A stretch of 64,000 nucleotides of DNA from positions 2,728,001 to 2,792,000 of the forward strand of contig CM022675.1 of assembly GCA_012295275.1 (NCBI GenBank), given 5' to 3'. Below are positions 46,466 through 61,838 of the stretch, piece after piece (position 1 is the first letter of the stretch; each line of letters begins with the position of its first letter). The translations under genes were made by a program, and so were the position numbers. The notes below the pieces were generated by a model. It was not told the origin of the DNA, ran no database searches, and saw only the letters and a list, made by a program, of their open reading frames with translations. This DNA is from Chrysomallon squamiferum. Taxonomy: Eukaryota; Animalia; Mollusca.

Positions 46466-47229
46466 TTAATCCTAAATGCGTGCGCTACTCTTGTGTTAGT
46501 TCTTAATGTTTCTGTTGTAATGACAGTCAGCATATATGTTTGATAATAAGTAAAAATATTGTGGCTTAACCCGAATTGAATAAACATCATCTACTAACAT
46601 ACGTTTCTATTTTTTCTTATGAAATTATTTTTTGAAACATACAAACAACAACAACAACTACTACTACTACTGCTACTATTACTACTAATAAAAATACTAC
46701 CAGTATACTAATACTACTATTAGTAATAGTACCACTAGTACTACTACTACTACTACTTATAATACTATTACTACCTTTATCACCAAAGGTGTACTACAAC
46801 TACTATTAATAACAGATCTGTGAATTACTTTCATTTTATTTTTATTATACTTACTCATTTATTTATTTGCTTATTAACTGATTGATTATCTAATGCATTT
46901 ATATATAATTAACGCTTTGGATACATTTTAGAAAAATATTTTTCTTCTCCACCTGATTACCCACGTTTGGTCAGCAGCTGAAATTATTTTTTGAAACACT
47001 TGACTAAAGAGGATGAAGCATGTTTCGCCTGGGTAAACACACAGATTGTAAACTTCTGTTAAACTGAACATGTACGGTATGAACACTGACGTTTCAGTTT
47101 GTATACGTGACTAAATGTCAATTCTTCTTATCTGTAATAGTTTGTGTTATGTTTCTTTTTTTAATTTTGTTTTTAAAATTATTTTATCTTAAGCAGAACC
47201 AGAATGTGTTTGTGTTTGTGTGTGCGTGT

Positions 47230-47285
<56 letters not shown>

Positions 47286-47659
47286 GAACATCTTCATTTT
47301 CTCTCGAGTATTTTATTCTTGGTGTTTAATGATACATCCAACAAAAAGACGCGATTCCAGCAAGATTATTATTCAAATTTAAAAATAAAAATAAAATAAA
47401 AATAAAATAAATAAATAATAATAATAAAACTAATAATAATAAATAAATAAATAATACTAATAGTCTCTCTGACAGAAAATAATAGCTCTTACTGATTGCC
47501 AACCATGAACTACTCTTTCATTCATGCACAGAAACAAACAGTATATGTTGAGATTAGTCAGTTAATGAAATATCTACAATATAATAATATATTGAATTAA
47601 TTAGCTTATATATATATATATATATATATTAATTAGTCTAATATGTAGAGGGATGATAC

Positions 47660-47776
<117 letters not shown>

Positions 47777-48070
47777 GCGTACGTGACTAAAAGCATACGT
47801 TATCTTTGTGTCCTGCTTTTTATTAGATTGGTTACTGAAATAGCTTATCGATAACCGCCTGTATATCACTATGCAAGTTTAAACAAGATCTATTTTTGGC
47901 GTAGTAGTGTATTATCCTTCTCTGTTCTGCAACAAACTTGTAAAGCGGGCTTCACTTTATGACACGATAAGAAACATTGTGACGGGTTTATTTATAGCTG
48001 TATGAAAGTCGATGATTTCAATATGTCATTTTGACCTTTAGTTTAATGTTATATTACATTTATGAAACTA

Positions 48071-48118
<48 letters not shown>

Positions 48119-48153
48119 CATACATACACACACACATACATACATACATACAT

Positions 48154-48227
<74 letters not shown>

Positions 48228-48945
48228 ACTGAATTAACTTCACATTACCAGCCATTTGAAAATTGCTCTCTCATTCAAATAGAAATATACATGCCTAGTT
48301 TAGTCAAACAATAAATACAATGTAATAATTAAAAAAAATGTAATCGTTAATCGGATTTATTTATATATTTATTTATTTATTTTATGCAGACTGAAATAGA
48401 GCTATACAATAAAGCAATATATCTGTAGACGTGACTAAAATTATATATTCATCTTTATCCTGTTTTTCATTCGTATAGTTTATATATCTCTAATAAAAGA
48501 CTTGATAAAGCCACTTCACTATTCAAGGTTAAACAAGATATATTTTTGGCCGCTAAATGTATTATCTTTCTCTGTCCTACAAACCGGTTGCTATGTCTAT
48601 TAATACTACAGGTGTGCTAAACTGTAACAAGCACTTTAAAAATTCATAAGTTCACAAACTTTGTTAAGGCAGTTGTTACTTTTACTGCTGTTTATTTACC
48701 ACAAGAATTTAAAACCTTAACGTTTATTTTTTCTCAGAAGAAACAAAAGTGTTCTAGAAGATATCACAGCTTCAACCCCTACCTTTTTTCCGTTGGTTTC
48801 TTCCTCTCGAGAACTACTGTCTGTCAAAACCGGCTTCTCGGGACTCGCAACTGTGACGTCAAACTGACACTGCAGACGATCAGAGCATTTTTTTTTTTTT
48901 TTTAGCTGTTAAAATTTTCGTTTCTTAAAACAAAGGTAAGAAAAT

Positions 48946-48989
<44 letters not shown>

Positions 48990-49936
48990 GCTTCTGTTGT
49001 TGTTGTTGTATTGTTGTATTGTTGTTATTGTTGTTACTGTTGTTGTAAGATATTTTAAAATAAAACTTAGTCATGTAGGTGATAAAATGTCAGTACATAA
49101 TGTTTGTTTTAATGTTATACTCATTAATTAGGGTGGAGGGTGTGGCTCTGTGGTCAGAGGAAAGTAGTGTCTGGCGAAGGGTTGTCGCATTTATCCTTCT
49201 CAAAGTCAGTTTCACGATTACTTTATCATAGGCCGTGCGTTCTGATTATCAAGAAAAGGTAGTCGTCACATATTCTTCCATTATCTATAAGTCCTTAAGA
49301 TTTATATATGAATCCGTATAACTGCAGATTAAAACATGTGTAGAGTTCTCAGTCAGTAGCAATATTATTAGCTTATTATGAGATTTTTAGAACGTGGCTT
49401 TATAATCGTTACACTGAATACATTACTTCGCTGAACGTCACGTTTCTTTTATTGTACATGTTCGAGTTCGATCGGATGTGGGCTGGGCTACGTAGCAGGG
49501 TACGAATAGTGAAGTCGAAAATTTCCTTTCAGCATTCATTGACACGTCACAAATGTCTGTGTTGTTTGCTTGCTCTTTTGTGTGTTTTTTTTCTTTTCTT
49601 CATATAATTTTTACAAATGACCTTCAATTTTATACGAGTTAAATCTTCCCGTCGTCCTCCTTCTCAAATAAAAAGCGACGTCACAAGTTTGTTATTCACT
49701 TTTACAGTTCTTTTATTTTACAAATAAAATAAATGAATTAATAAATAGTTGATAAAATATATATTACAGTATTATATTCGCAAGGTTATATATTTATTTT
49801 ATCATTTCATTTATTTAATTAATTGCATATTCCGCTGACCCTTAAAAATAACTGGAATTAATGTTGAGTTTGTGTAAATTTTACCTCCTGTCAGTTGTTT
49901 TCAACTGCTGTTCTTTATTATCTCTTCACATTTCTT

Positions 49937-49967
<31 letters not shown>

Positions 49968-49970
49968 TTC

Positions 49971-50006
<36 letters not shown>

Positions 50007-50024
50007 GTCTTGCTATTGACAGAT

Positions 50025-50533
50025 ATGGCAACAGCTTCAAACTTCGATGAAAACATTTCGTGTTCTCTGTGTTTGGAAATGTTCGACAAGCCACGAGTTC
50101 TTTCATGTGGTCACTCGTTCTGTTCTAAATGCCTTCAGAATTTCATAAGTCATAATTACGACAACAACGACAAACAGATCAGTTGCCCTTTCTGCCGGCA
50201 GAAAGTCCACATCCCAGACAGCACGAAACCAGTGGAAACATGGGCAGCTCAGTTCTCTATAAACAAGTCACTGGTGGACGCCATTAATGATCGACTACAA
50301 TCAAAGTTTTGTGAGTCAACGTGTTGTGTTCAGATTCATTACAATAAAATAATTTTAGAAAGCTACAGTGATTATATTAACTAAGAATATTTTTGTCGTG
50401 TATTATCCATCGCAGCAGGCTCATAAGGAAACAGAGGACATTTTATTTACACCATTTTTTTATTTATTTTATAAAAGAAATTCTACAGCTCTTCATATTG
50501 TACCCAGATCTTTATTACAAGAATGAGTACTAG

Positions 50534-50606
<73 letters not shown>

Positions 50607-52263
50607 CATTACTATTATTATTATTAAATTAATCAATCAATTATTTATTTATTTATTTTATTTATTTATTTCAGCAAAAAAGGTAGATTACATTTCAGTT
50701 CTGAGTTCTGTTTCTGAGAGTCTCAAATCCTACAAAGAAATTCTTCAGACAGAGATGGATGATGAGATTGAGCAACTTCGCCATGCCGTCGACATCAACG
50801 TCGCGGACACTGCAGAAGAGGTCAGAAGGATTGGTAACACACTAATAACAGATTTCACAGCCGCAGTCCACAAAGAACAAGACAGATTAATAAGAGAAAT
50901 AGAAAGATCTCAGAACTTTGTAAACTCAGAAATAAAAAAAATGTTTAATAATCATAAACATCTGATTGATGAAAATGAAAAATTGATAAAATTGGGGGAC
51001 GATTTGTTGAAAAGAAAATCAGAGTCTGATATTAAAATTAATGTTTCAAAATTCATCAAACTTGATGTCACAACTTCCGACTTTCTGTCCAAATCTCTTT
51101 CTCAGATAGAAAAAGCAGAATTGAAAATAAATCTGAAAACATCTGGGAAAAAGAAAGAAATGTCAGTCCACATTGGAGAAATTATCACAAACGTCCAAAC
51201 AGACACACAGATAGACAGACTAACAGACACACTCAAACACACAAACATCATTGACACAAAAACACAACTCAAACATGCACAGACAGACAGACCGAGAGAC
51301 ACACTCAAACACACAAACATCATTGACACAAAAACACAACCCAAACATACACAGACAGACAGACCGAGAGACACACTCAAACACAGAGACACCATTAACA
51401 CAAAAACACAACACAAAGACGGACAGACAGACAGACTGAGAGCGACACTCAAACACACAGACACCATTGACACAAAATCACAAGAAAATGAACTCGATCC
51501 TTGTCTGTTTTCTATCCTGGTGCCAGGTGAGGACAACAAACACATTGTTGTTAGTGATTCTAACAATAACTGTGTAAAACGTTTATGTTTGACATGCAAA
51601 TCAGTGATAAATAAATACGTAACTTCCTCTGCACCACGCGGTCTTGCTGAACAACGTGATCAGCAGGGTGATGTTACTGTTGTTGCTGCTGCTGTTATTG
51701 CTCTGCCAGACGAAAATCAAATTTTGTTTTTAAATTTGAAAAACTTCAAACTGATGAAAACTGTTATGACTGATAAAAAGTATTACTATGTATCTGTGTT
51801 ACCCGGCAACCGTCTCGCGGTCACTGGGTTGTATAGTGGTCAGTACTTGGACATACTGACAGACAGTGGTCAGCTCATTAAGTCTATCTCCGCAGATTTG
51901 ATCGCGGAACCGTCTTGTCTCACAGTTTACGATCAATGTCTGATTGTTGTGTCACAACGAGAAAATGTCAACAGTTTAGTTTGTGTGACGTCATCAGGTG
52001 ACGCCAGATGGGAGTCACGTGATGCAGACAGGCTAATAGACTTGAGAGGTGTTGCATGTGACAAGGAGGGGAATATTTTTGTTTGTGATTTTATGAGAGA
52101 TTGTGTTGTTCAGTTGTCACGCGATGGTAACATTACACGTGACATCCTCACTTACCAGGAGGGACTGTCAGGACCTGAGTCTGTCTGTTGTCATGACAAC
52201 AAAATATACGTAGGAGAGCTCTTTACTGGACAAATACAAATATTTTCTTGGTGCAAAGACTAA
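50025..52263 (+). CDS. TRIM-like E3 ligase: RING (C3HC4) - coiled coil - 24-aa repeats - NHL-like beta-propeller; no B-box; ~624 aa
   Basis: Join 50025-50310 (CSLCLEMFDKPRVLSCGHSFCSKCL...CPFCR; donor GTgag) with 50675-52263 (phase 1, in frame with ORF 50755). NHL-like motifs IVVSDSNNNCVK, PRGLA, LRGVACDKEGNIFVCD, GLSGPESVCC. Probable non-coding exon ends at 48935 (aagGTaag). Confidence 0.88.
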
Positions 52264-53295
52264 ACTTCAGACTTTCTGCTAACTCAGTTTACCGTAAACA
52301 GTTTTGAAGTTGAAAGTCGATAGACATTTTTTTCTGTACACGAACTGACAAATAAACAGAAAGTCAGTTATGTATTTATCATTTATTTATTAGCTTAGTT
52401 AATTTGTTGTTGTTTTTTGTTTTGTTTGTTTGTTTGTTTGTTTATTTTTAATTAATGTCTCGTTTAAAAATACTAAATTATAAAAATAAATTTCAAACTA
52501 TATTTTCACCCAGTTGTGTCGTTTAACTGACTCTCTCCTTTCTTACAACGAAACTATTCTAATATTTTGTAAAGTAGTTTATTTGAAAGAATGTTTAAAA
52601 TATACTTGTACATACTCCATTATAATCAATTAAAATGCAATAAAATATTTATATGGTAATAAATGCAATTCTTGTCATATTTCTTTGAAACTTTGACACT
52701 ATTTTACATTGTTTCTTGATTTGTCTGTTATTATAGATAACTATATATTCACCTACCTGTATGTGTATCTGTTTGTCTGTATAATATAATGAATATGGAT
52801 AATATCAATAATATGGTACAAATAGTTCACTCTTGAGAGAGCATTATAATGAATTTATTATTAACAGCTAATACTGATTGTTGTTGAGGTCCATATCGTA
52901 CTCAACTATTCTTCTTTTTATTCTGCCTGACATGTTTTATATAATTCTCTCTTCAGGTATAAAGTTAATTTTAAAAGAGTTTTAAATGAAAAGAACAAGC
53001 AATCAAAGAAAAGTAATGAAGAAAGCAAAAATCACACATACACACACAAAATAAGAGAAACAACTGCACAAAAGGAAATCGCTAAACTAAGAAAAGGAAA
53101 AACAGATTATCGATGTTTTTAAAACCTGACTAGGTATTAATCTGGGTGTTAGGGATCATGTTTCTTCTTTTCTTTATTATGCACGTTCAGGTTAGTTTGA
53201 GAACGGAATCAATTCACAATATTCACAGAGGACAGGAACATGGAGGGACAAGAAAGAAAACTACATTTATTACTACTACTACGACGACGACGACG

Positions 53296-53338
<43 letters not shown>

Positions 53339-53642
53339 GTTCTGGACCAGTTTATTTATTATACAATAAGTACAATAATAATCAGAATATAACATTAACT
53401 GCAATAATTTGATCTAGAAACACAAGAACATACATACTGACATAGATAGACTCATATACAAAAATATTTGTATAGACACATATCTACATGCATACTAGTG
53501 CAATCCGATTATTCTTATTGTGCGGTCTACACATAAGAAAACTGTGTGAATGTGTTGGTGCGTTCATATTGTATGTGTGATTGTATGGTGTGTATATACT
53601 GTATGTGTGAGTGTATGGGTGTGTTTATGTTGCATGTGTGAT

Positions 53643-53690
<48 letters not shown>

Positions 53691-53760
53691 ATGTGATTGT
53701 GTTGAAGTGTCTATGTTGTATGTGTGAGTGTGTGGGTGAGTATATGTTGTATGTGTGAGT

Positions 53761-54025
53761 AAGTGTCTGCATGTGTGAGCTGTTTTCATGAATACTGCAG
53801 CATATTTTAGTACACATGAAAGAGATTTGATAAGCAGATTTTTGTTTAAAAAGTAATGGTTCGACTCTTGTAAACACTGAGCAAAGGATCTTTGCAAGGA
53901 TGTTGTTACTGACGTGCGCGCCGAATGAACTGGAAATTAAATCGACACAGCGGCAGCTGCATGAGGTAAATGTCACGACGACGTTGTAAAGCAACTGTGA
54001 AGACCTTCACTTGTCAACGTAGTGA
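53761..54025 (+). repeat. Dispersed direct repeat, copy 2 (partner 46200-46465)
   Basis: Same sequence and orientation as copy 1; the upstream tgtgtgggtgagtatatgttgtatgtgtgag is also shared. Confidence 0.9.
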
Positions 54026-54694
54026 GATGTCTGTGAGACAGAGAACACGATGTTTTCAATATGTTTGTTTAACAACTGTTTAGAACTGGAGCAACGAAAA
54101 CAACTGAATCATGCTTGGGTTTTATGAAAATGTAACACAGAAACACGATGATAAATGTTATTTATTAGTAGTAAAAATAAAAAGTAAAACAGAAAAACAA
54201 TGATAATGTTATTTGTTGTTATAACATTACAGCATAGAAAACCCTGATCATTTTTTTTTGGTGTTATAAAACTATAACACAGAGAAAAATGATAATCTTG
54301 TTTGTTATTTGAAGGTAAAAGAGAAAAAGCATCATAATAATATTTGTTATAAAACCATGATAATTAATGTTTGTGTTATGAAAGTGTTATGTAGAAATTT
54401 ATCAAGATTTTATCGTGTTTAATCACATGAACACGTACCATGAATTTCACAATGATACTGGCTGGAACGAGAAATAAGGGAAACGTAACTCGCAATGAAT
54501 TCACTTCTACAGGAAACGTATACTGTCTTCATGTCTGTATGTCTCAGTACGTTTCTATAACAGAGCGTTTATAGCTCGTTTCAAATCATTTCGATGTTTA
54601 AGAAAAATAAACAAAGGTGAAACGAGTGATACTCAACTTTTATTTCTTTAACTTCAGCAACTGCTCCTTTTTCGATTAAAGTGATTGCCGTCAC

Positions 54695-54764
<70 letters not shown>

Positions 54765-55362
54765 TTGGTTGCTTTTGTTAATTTTGTATCGGTGAGGACA
54801 TTATGAAGTTTTGTATCTAATGTCGACATTACGTAATTATGAAACTAATGCGGACATTACGTAGTCTGTATCCGATGCGGACTTTAATTCTGAATCTGAT
54901 GTGAATATTGTACACTTTTGAAACTGTTGCACTTATTGGTTGAGGACTGATTTGTCCGGTATTTTACACACATAAAATCACAAGCATCAGGTTCTAATAA
55001 TTTCAGCTGCTTTGTACACTTACAGCTCTTTTTCGCCCTTTAAACAAAAATTGTTTCTGTGTTTCTTTCTCTAGTCTTCTTCTATTTGTTTTTACCTACC
55101 TGTTTTACTACTTCCGTCAGTCTCTCTTTATCTTTCTGTCTCTTTCTCTGTCCCTCTCCATTGCTGTATCTATAAGACTGTGTATATATCTGATAGTATG
55201 TTTCCATAACACCGTGTATGCATCTATAGGAGTGTCAAAATCTCTACTAGTATATATAACCATGTTTCTATATCTCTGTTAGTATCTATACTAGTGTGTT
55301 TATATCTTTAATAGTATGTACCGGTAATTATCTGTTTATATAACTCTCTCTCTTTCTCTCTT

Positions 55363-55527
<165 letters not shown>

Positions 55528-55542
55528 TTTCTCTCTCTCTCA

Positions 55543-55633
<91 letters not shown>

Positions 55634-55829
55634 CCGCTATCTCTCCCTCCCTCCCTCCCTCCCTCTTGTAGTTAGTTACTTTTCTGTTTCTAATTGACTC
55701 GGACGTTTAGTTCATGTCATGTATACCATGTTTGAACGACATGGAGTTTGAATCAATATAACACAGAGGCATACAAGTTCTGTATTTCGTATAACCTTCT
55801 GCTACAAAGCTACGAGTATTTTTATAATT

Positions 55830-58800
55830 ATGATTACGTTTTGGGAACGTTCAAGCTGCTTGCTGCTAACTTTTCTCTGTTTTGCTGTATCAGACTATAC
55901 CAGTGGTCAGTATGTGAATATTTTTTGCTTTTATACATGATGTGATAATATAGATTATTATCTACTTCATACGTATTTAATCAAAATAATGTGTACTTTA
56001 CTCTGCTAAAGATTATGCATTGAAAATGTTGAATTATATACAGAACTACACCAGACACTTAACAATTATACAGAAATATTTTATAATGTTTATGAATATA
56101 TCTGAAAATTTATATTGTTATTATTAATGTGTTATATACACATCCACACACGCATACAGACACATGCACATATATAAACGCACATATATATATTTAACGA
56201 TAGATATAATAATAATGTTTTAATGAGTTAATAAAAGGAAATGTGATATTTTCAAATATTCTTTATAAAGTAATTTAAAATATTTTACAGTCTTTATACA
56301 AATATGAATAAAAACAATTAACTAAAACAAAAAAAAGAATTTAAAAAAATTTAAAAAATGTATTAAAGTGTTTACCCACTTAGCTACCTTATGCATAAGA
56401 AAAGTAAATATTTAATGTCATAAAGAAAATTCTCTTTAACGCTCACACACTGTGTCTGTCCTGAATGTAAATCAGTTCAAAATTAAAAAATAAATTAGCT
56501 GAAGTTTCACTCCGAATATTCTGAAGTTTATATAGTAGATAAATCATTCATGGGAGACATCATCCGCACAGAGCTGTTCCCCTCTTGCAAGAATTTGATC
56601 AGACACGATCTCTTCAACCTCTGACTAAAAGTTGCTGTGTGTATATTGTAAAATATATGTTTTTGTATCAACCACCCTTCAAACCGCCTTATCCAAAGAC
56701 TGAAAACACAATCTGAAAGTGAATCGGTCTTAAAACATCCCTGGGATGATGCCGAAACTAAATCTGCCATCAAAACTTCTGAATATTCGGGGTGCTACGA
56801 AATGAATTTCTAAGCCTCTTTTTGGAAATCAGCTCCGGTACTATATACCTCTCAAATACTACTACTACTACTTCTACTACTTCTATATAGAATCTCTCAG
56901 ATGCTCTACACCTCTGACAACTGTGTGTGGTTTGCGATAATTCGACTATAATACTACTACTAGTTCTACTACTACTACAACTTCCACTAATAATAACAAC
57001 AACAACAACAACAATAATAATAATAATAATAATAATAATGATAATAATAATAATAACAGTAATGATTATGATAATTATTACTATTACTATCATTGTTGCA
57101 CTCGTAGTTACTGTTGATGTTATTCTGTTCGTCATATTATTGTTGCTGTTGTTGTTGCTGATGCTTTTGTCGTTGATGTTGTTGTTGATGTTATTGATGT
57201 TTTTGTTGTTGATGTTGTTGATGTTATTAACGCTTTTGTCGTTGATGTTGTTGTTGATGTTATTGATGTTTTTGTTGTTGCTGTTGTTGCAAGACTTCCA
57301 CTGTGTAAGAGATGGACAAGACTGTCTAAACAATTCAAAGTGTTTGAGAAATGGCACGTGTCTGTGTGCTGACGACTACTCCGGCTACGACTGCGGCTTA
57401 GACAAGAGTGAGTATTAACTTACATAAGGTTACTCAGATAACTCAAACAGTCATACAGATACAGAAAGAGTACTAACTTACATAACTTTACACAGATAAC
57501 TCAAACAGTCATACAGATACAGAAAGAATCCACTGTTACACACAAAACTTTTTAGTGAACACTAAGCTATAAATACAGTAAATAGCAAGTAGTCAGCGAA
57601 ACAGCTGTAAGTCCTCACTATTACATTTAACTTTAAAGGGAACTGAGATGTATATATAAATATACATTGAGTACATGCAACTGTTTATAGTGAGTATTCA
57701 GTTATACATGCAACTGTTTATAGTGAGTATACAGTTATACATGTTACTGTTTATAGTGAGTATTCAGTTATACATGTAACTGTTTATAGTGAGTATTCAG
57801 TTATACATGTAACTGTTTATAGAGAGTATTCAGTGTTACATATAACTGTTTATAGAGAGTATTCAGTGATACATGTAACTGTTTATAGAGAGTATTCAGT
57901 GATATATATAACTGTTTATAGAGAGTATTCAGTGATATATATAACTGTTTATAGTGAGTATTCAGTGATACATGTAACTGTTTATAGAGAGTATTCAGTT
58001 ATACATGCAACTGTTTATAGTGAGTATTCAGTTATACATGTAACTGTTTATAGTGAGTATTCAGTTATACATGTAACTGTTTATAGTGAGTACTGACTAA
58101 TACATCTGTTTATAAATTCTTTGGGGTTTTTCTTTCTTTGCCTGTGCTCTTTAAAATTCTGTTATTCTTTATTTTTACATAACTAAATTTTTATTTTTGC
58201 CTGTCTGCCTCTTTTTAATATTCTATTACTTTATGTCTCTGTGTCTCTATGCATCTCTCTAAGTCTTATGTAATTTATTTATGTAAATTATTTATGTAAA
58301 TGTTATACTGACAGGACTTGTGAACGTTGTCTTAGTCTAAGTCTTATGTAATTTATTTATGTAAATTATTTATGTAAATGTTATACTGACAGGACTTGTG
58401 AGCGTTGTCTTAGTCTAAGTCTTATGTAATTTATTTATGTAAATTATTTATGTAAATGTTATACTGACAGGACTAGTGAACGTTGTCTTAGTCTTAGTCT
58501 TATGTAATTTATTTATGTAAATTATTTATGTAAATGTTATATGACAGGACTGTAAATGGAACTTAGTCTTAGTCTTATGTATTTATTTATGTAAATTATT
58601 TATGTAAATGTTATACTGACAGGACTAGTGAACGTTGTCTTAGTCTTAGTCTTATGTAATTTATTTATGTAAATTATTTATGTAAATGTTATACTGACAG
58701 GACTAGTGAACGTTGTCTTAGTCTAAGTCTTATGTAATTTATTTATGTAAATTATTTATGTAAATGTTATACTGACAGGACTAGTGAACGTTGTCTTAGT

Positions 58801-61800
58801 CTAAGTCTTATGTAATTTATTTATGTAAATTATTTATGTAAATGTTATACTGACAGGACTTGTGAACGTTGCTCCCTGTACGAACGCGTCAGACAGCTGC
58901 ATGTCTAAAGACGGAGTCTGCTACAACGACTCCGGACAGAAAGCGTGTTACTGTCCTCTTCACTTGCACGGCAGCCACTGTGAGCTGGAACGATGTGAGT
59001 TCTCTGTGACACATCGTCACTTTCTCATTTACAATTTTATACTTCGTGCAAGAGTTATTTCACTGATCCGGGATTCGTTTTTTTCTTCTTTTTCCTTTCT
59101 GATACAAGTCTTATTTCCGCAGTTAACCTGGAGTGTTCCGACAACTCTATGACAGTTTCTATAAACCCACCAGGACGTTTTTCTGGGATAATATACGTAG
59201 AAGACTACAGAAACCACGACGAGTGTGTGTTCTCTGCGGACGTCAAGCATGGCTGGGTTCTTCACGTCAATCAGACTGACTGTGGTGGTATCTTCAAAAG
59301 TCAGGTAAGACTGAGTACAGTTTATCAGGTTGATATCGTTTGTTTTTCTTTCTTGATTCATCAATTCACCCACTATTCGTTCGTTCGTTCGTTCACATAC
59401 TTGCTGACTGAAACTAACCTTTCATGGGTTTATTGTGCTCCTTTCTTTGTTTGTATATCTGAAAATTGTTCAGTTAGATAGTTTGTTCTTTGTCTATTTC
59501 AGAGAGACAAAATCCCGAGAATTGTGGTCCAGTTCAGTAAAATCTACATGACTGCCCACGACTTGAGGATGAAAATCACGTGCGAGACGTCAGGAGTGAT
59601 TCACATAATGAAGGATTTTGAAGACAGCTCGAATAAACGGTAACTCAAATAGTTACTATTGTCGCTACTACTAAATTACTTCTGCTGCAACTCTACCACT
59701 GCTACTACTACTACTTCTACAAACAACTACAATAACAACCACTATTATTATTACTGATACCACCAGTGCTACTTCTTCTTCTACTACTGCTACTACTCCT
59801 ACTACAACTATTACTACCACTGCTTCTACTACTACTACTGCTACTAATAATAACTCTATTAGTATTGCTCCTAATAATAATAATAAGAAGAAGAAGAAGA
59901 AACAACAACAACAACAACATCAGTGATAGCTGCGACAGAGGTAAAGCATGGACGTTGTCATCACATTACATAACGATGTGCATCTGAGTAAGGAGTAATT
60001 CAAGTTTACGTTCGTGCACAAGCTAGAATTTCAGCTAAAAGAAGTCAGGTTTTCACGGTAAAACTCACGTGAATTTGTATAAATCTGACATAAAATCGTT
60101 ACAACACGACAAGATGTAGAAGCAGTTGAGGTACTGTGACTGAAAAGTAAACTGACAGGAAAACAAAGTAAACTGACAGTAAAATGAGATAAACTGACAG
60201 TGAAATGAAATAAATCCACAGTAAATTCAAGTAAAGTGAAACATTGAATTGCAGTAAAGTTGAAATGACAGGTACATTTTATATGAGTCGACAGTAAAAT
60301 ACAGCAGTGAGGTGACAGTTAAATGTAGATTTATGCTCAGTGTAAAGTGTAACCTAAATATACAGTTGAGCTATCAGTAAAGTGTAGATCTGAGAGTAAA
60401 GTGTATGGTTGAGTTGACAGTAAAGTGTAGATCTAAGACTGAGAGTAAAGTGTATGGTTGAGTTGACAGTAAAGTGTATGGTTGAGTTGACAGTAAACTG
60501 TCTGTGTTTCAGTTGACAGTAAACTGTATGGCTGAGTTGACAGTAAACTGTATGGTTGAGTTGACAGTAAAGTGTATGGTTGAATTGACAGTAAAGTGTC
60601 TGTGTTTCAGTTGACAGTAAAGTGTATGGTTGAGTTGACAGTAAAGTGTATGGTTGAGTTGACAGTAAACTGTCTGTGTTTCAGTTGACAGTAAACTGTC
60701 TGTGTTTCAGTTGACAGTAAACTGTATGGTTGAGTTGACAGTAAACTGTATGGTTGAGTTGACAGTAAAGTGTATGGTTGAGTTGACAGTAAAGTGTCTG
60801 TGTTTCAGTTGACAGTAAAGTGTATGGTTGAGAAGACAGTACACTGTATGGTTGAGTTGACAGTAAAGTGTATGGTTGAGTTGACAGTAAAGTGTCTGTG
60901 TTTCAGTTGACAGTAAACTGTATGGCTGAGTTGACAGTAAACTGTATGGTTGAGTTGACAGTAATGTGTATGGTTGAGTTGACAGTAAAGTGTCTAAGTT
61001 TCAGTTGACAGTAAAGTGTATGGTTGAGTTGACAGTACACTGTCTGTGTTTCAGTTGACAGTAAAGTGTATGTGTTTCAGTTGACAGTAAAGTGTCCGTG
61101 TTTCAGGTTTATGATAAAAGAAAAGTCAGCTACGCCTGGTGTCGACATCGTCATCACACTGAAAAATGGAAGCCTCGTCTCCAACTCAGCAAAAATACCT
61201 TTAGACCAACAGCTCACCTTTCAAGTTATAGCAGGTGTGAGCATACGTTTACCGTCATCATCATCATCATCATCTTCGGCATCATTACTGTCATCATCAT
61301 AATATTCATAATTATACATATGCAGAGCGTGCGTGCGTGCACACGTATATCTGTATAAGTATTCAAATATGAATGTGTAAATGTGAGTATGTGTGCGTGA
61401 ATGTGTGTCAGTATGTCTGTCTACGTCTTTATGTATGTATATGTGTGTACATGTGTGTATGTATTTGTCTGGTGGTATCTATGTGTTTATATGTGTATAT
61501 ATTGGTATGTGTGTACATGAATGTATGTGTCTGTATGTGTGTAGGTATGGCTGTGTGTGTGTGTGTGTGTGTGCTGGGACTAGCTGTTATGAATCTTGCA
61601 GATGACACAACAAACTCGATGATTCGACTGGTGAACGGGTCAGACGAAAACGAGGGCAGACTTGAAGTATTTCACGATGGTCTCTGGGGAACTGTGTGTC
61701 AGGAGTATTTCCCAACCGAATTCGCTCAAGTCGTCTGTCGCCATCTTGGATTCAGCAGGTTTGGTTCTTCGTTTTATTTCTGGTTTAGACCGTATTACTG

Positions 61801-61807
61801 CGCCTAT

Positions 61808-61838
<31 letters not shown>

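Noticed and set aside
49130-49200. tRNA or tRNA-derived SINE head (tggctctgtggtcagag A-box-like)
   Set aside because: No properly spaced B-box and no cloverleaf; at most a decayed fragment.
56540-56850. Higher-complexity intronic segment, with a similar one at 63300-63730, as hidden exons
   Set aside because: Stops in the sense frames, no compatible splice phases and no recognisable protein motif; probably decayed TE fragments.
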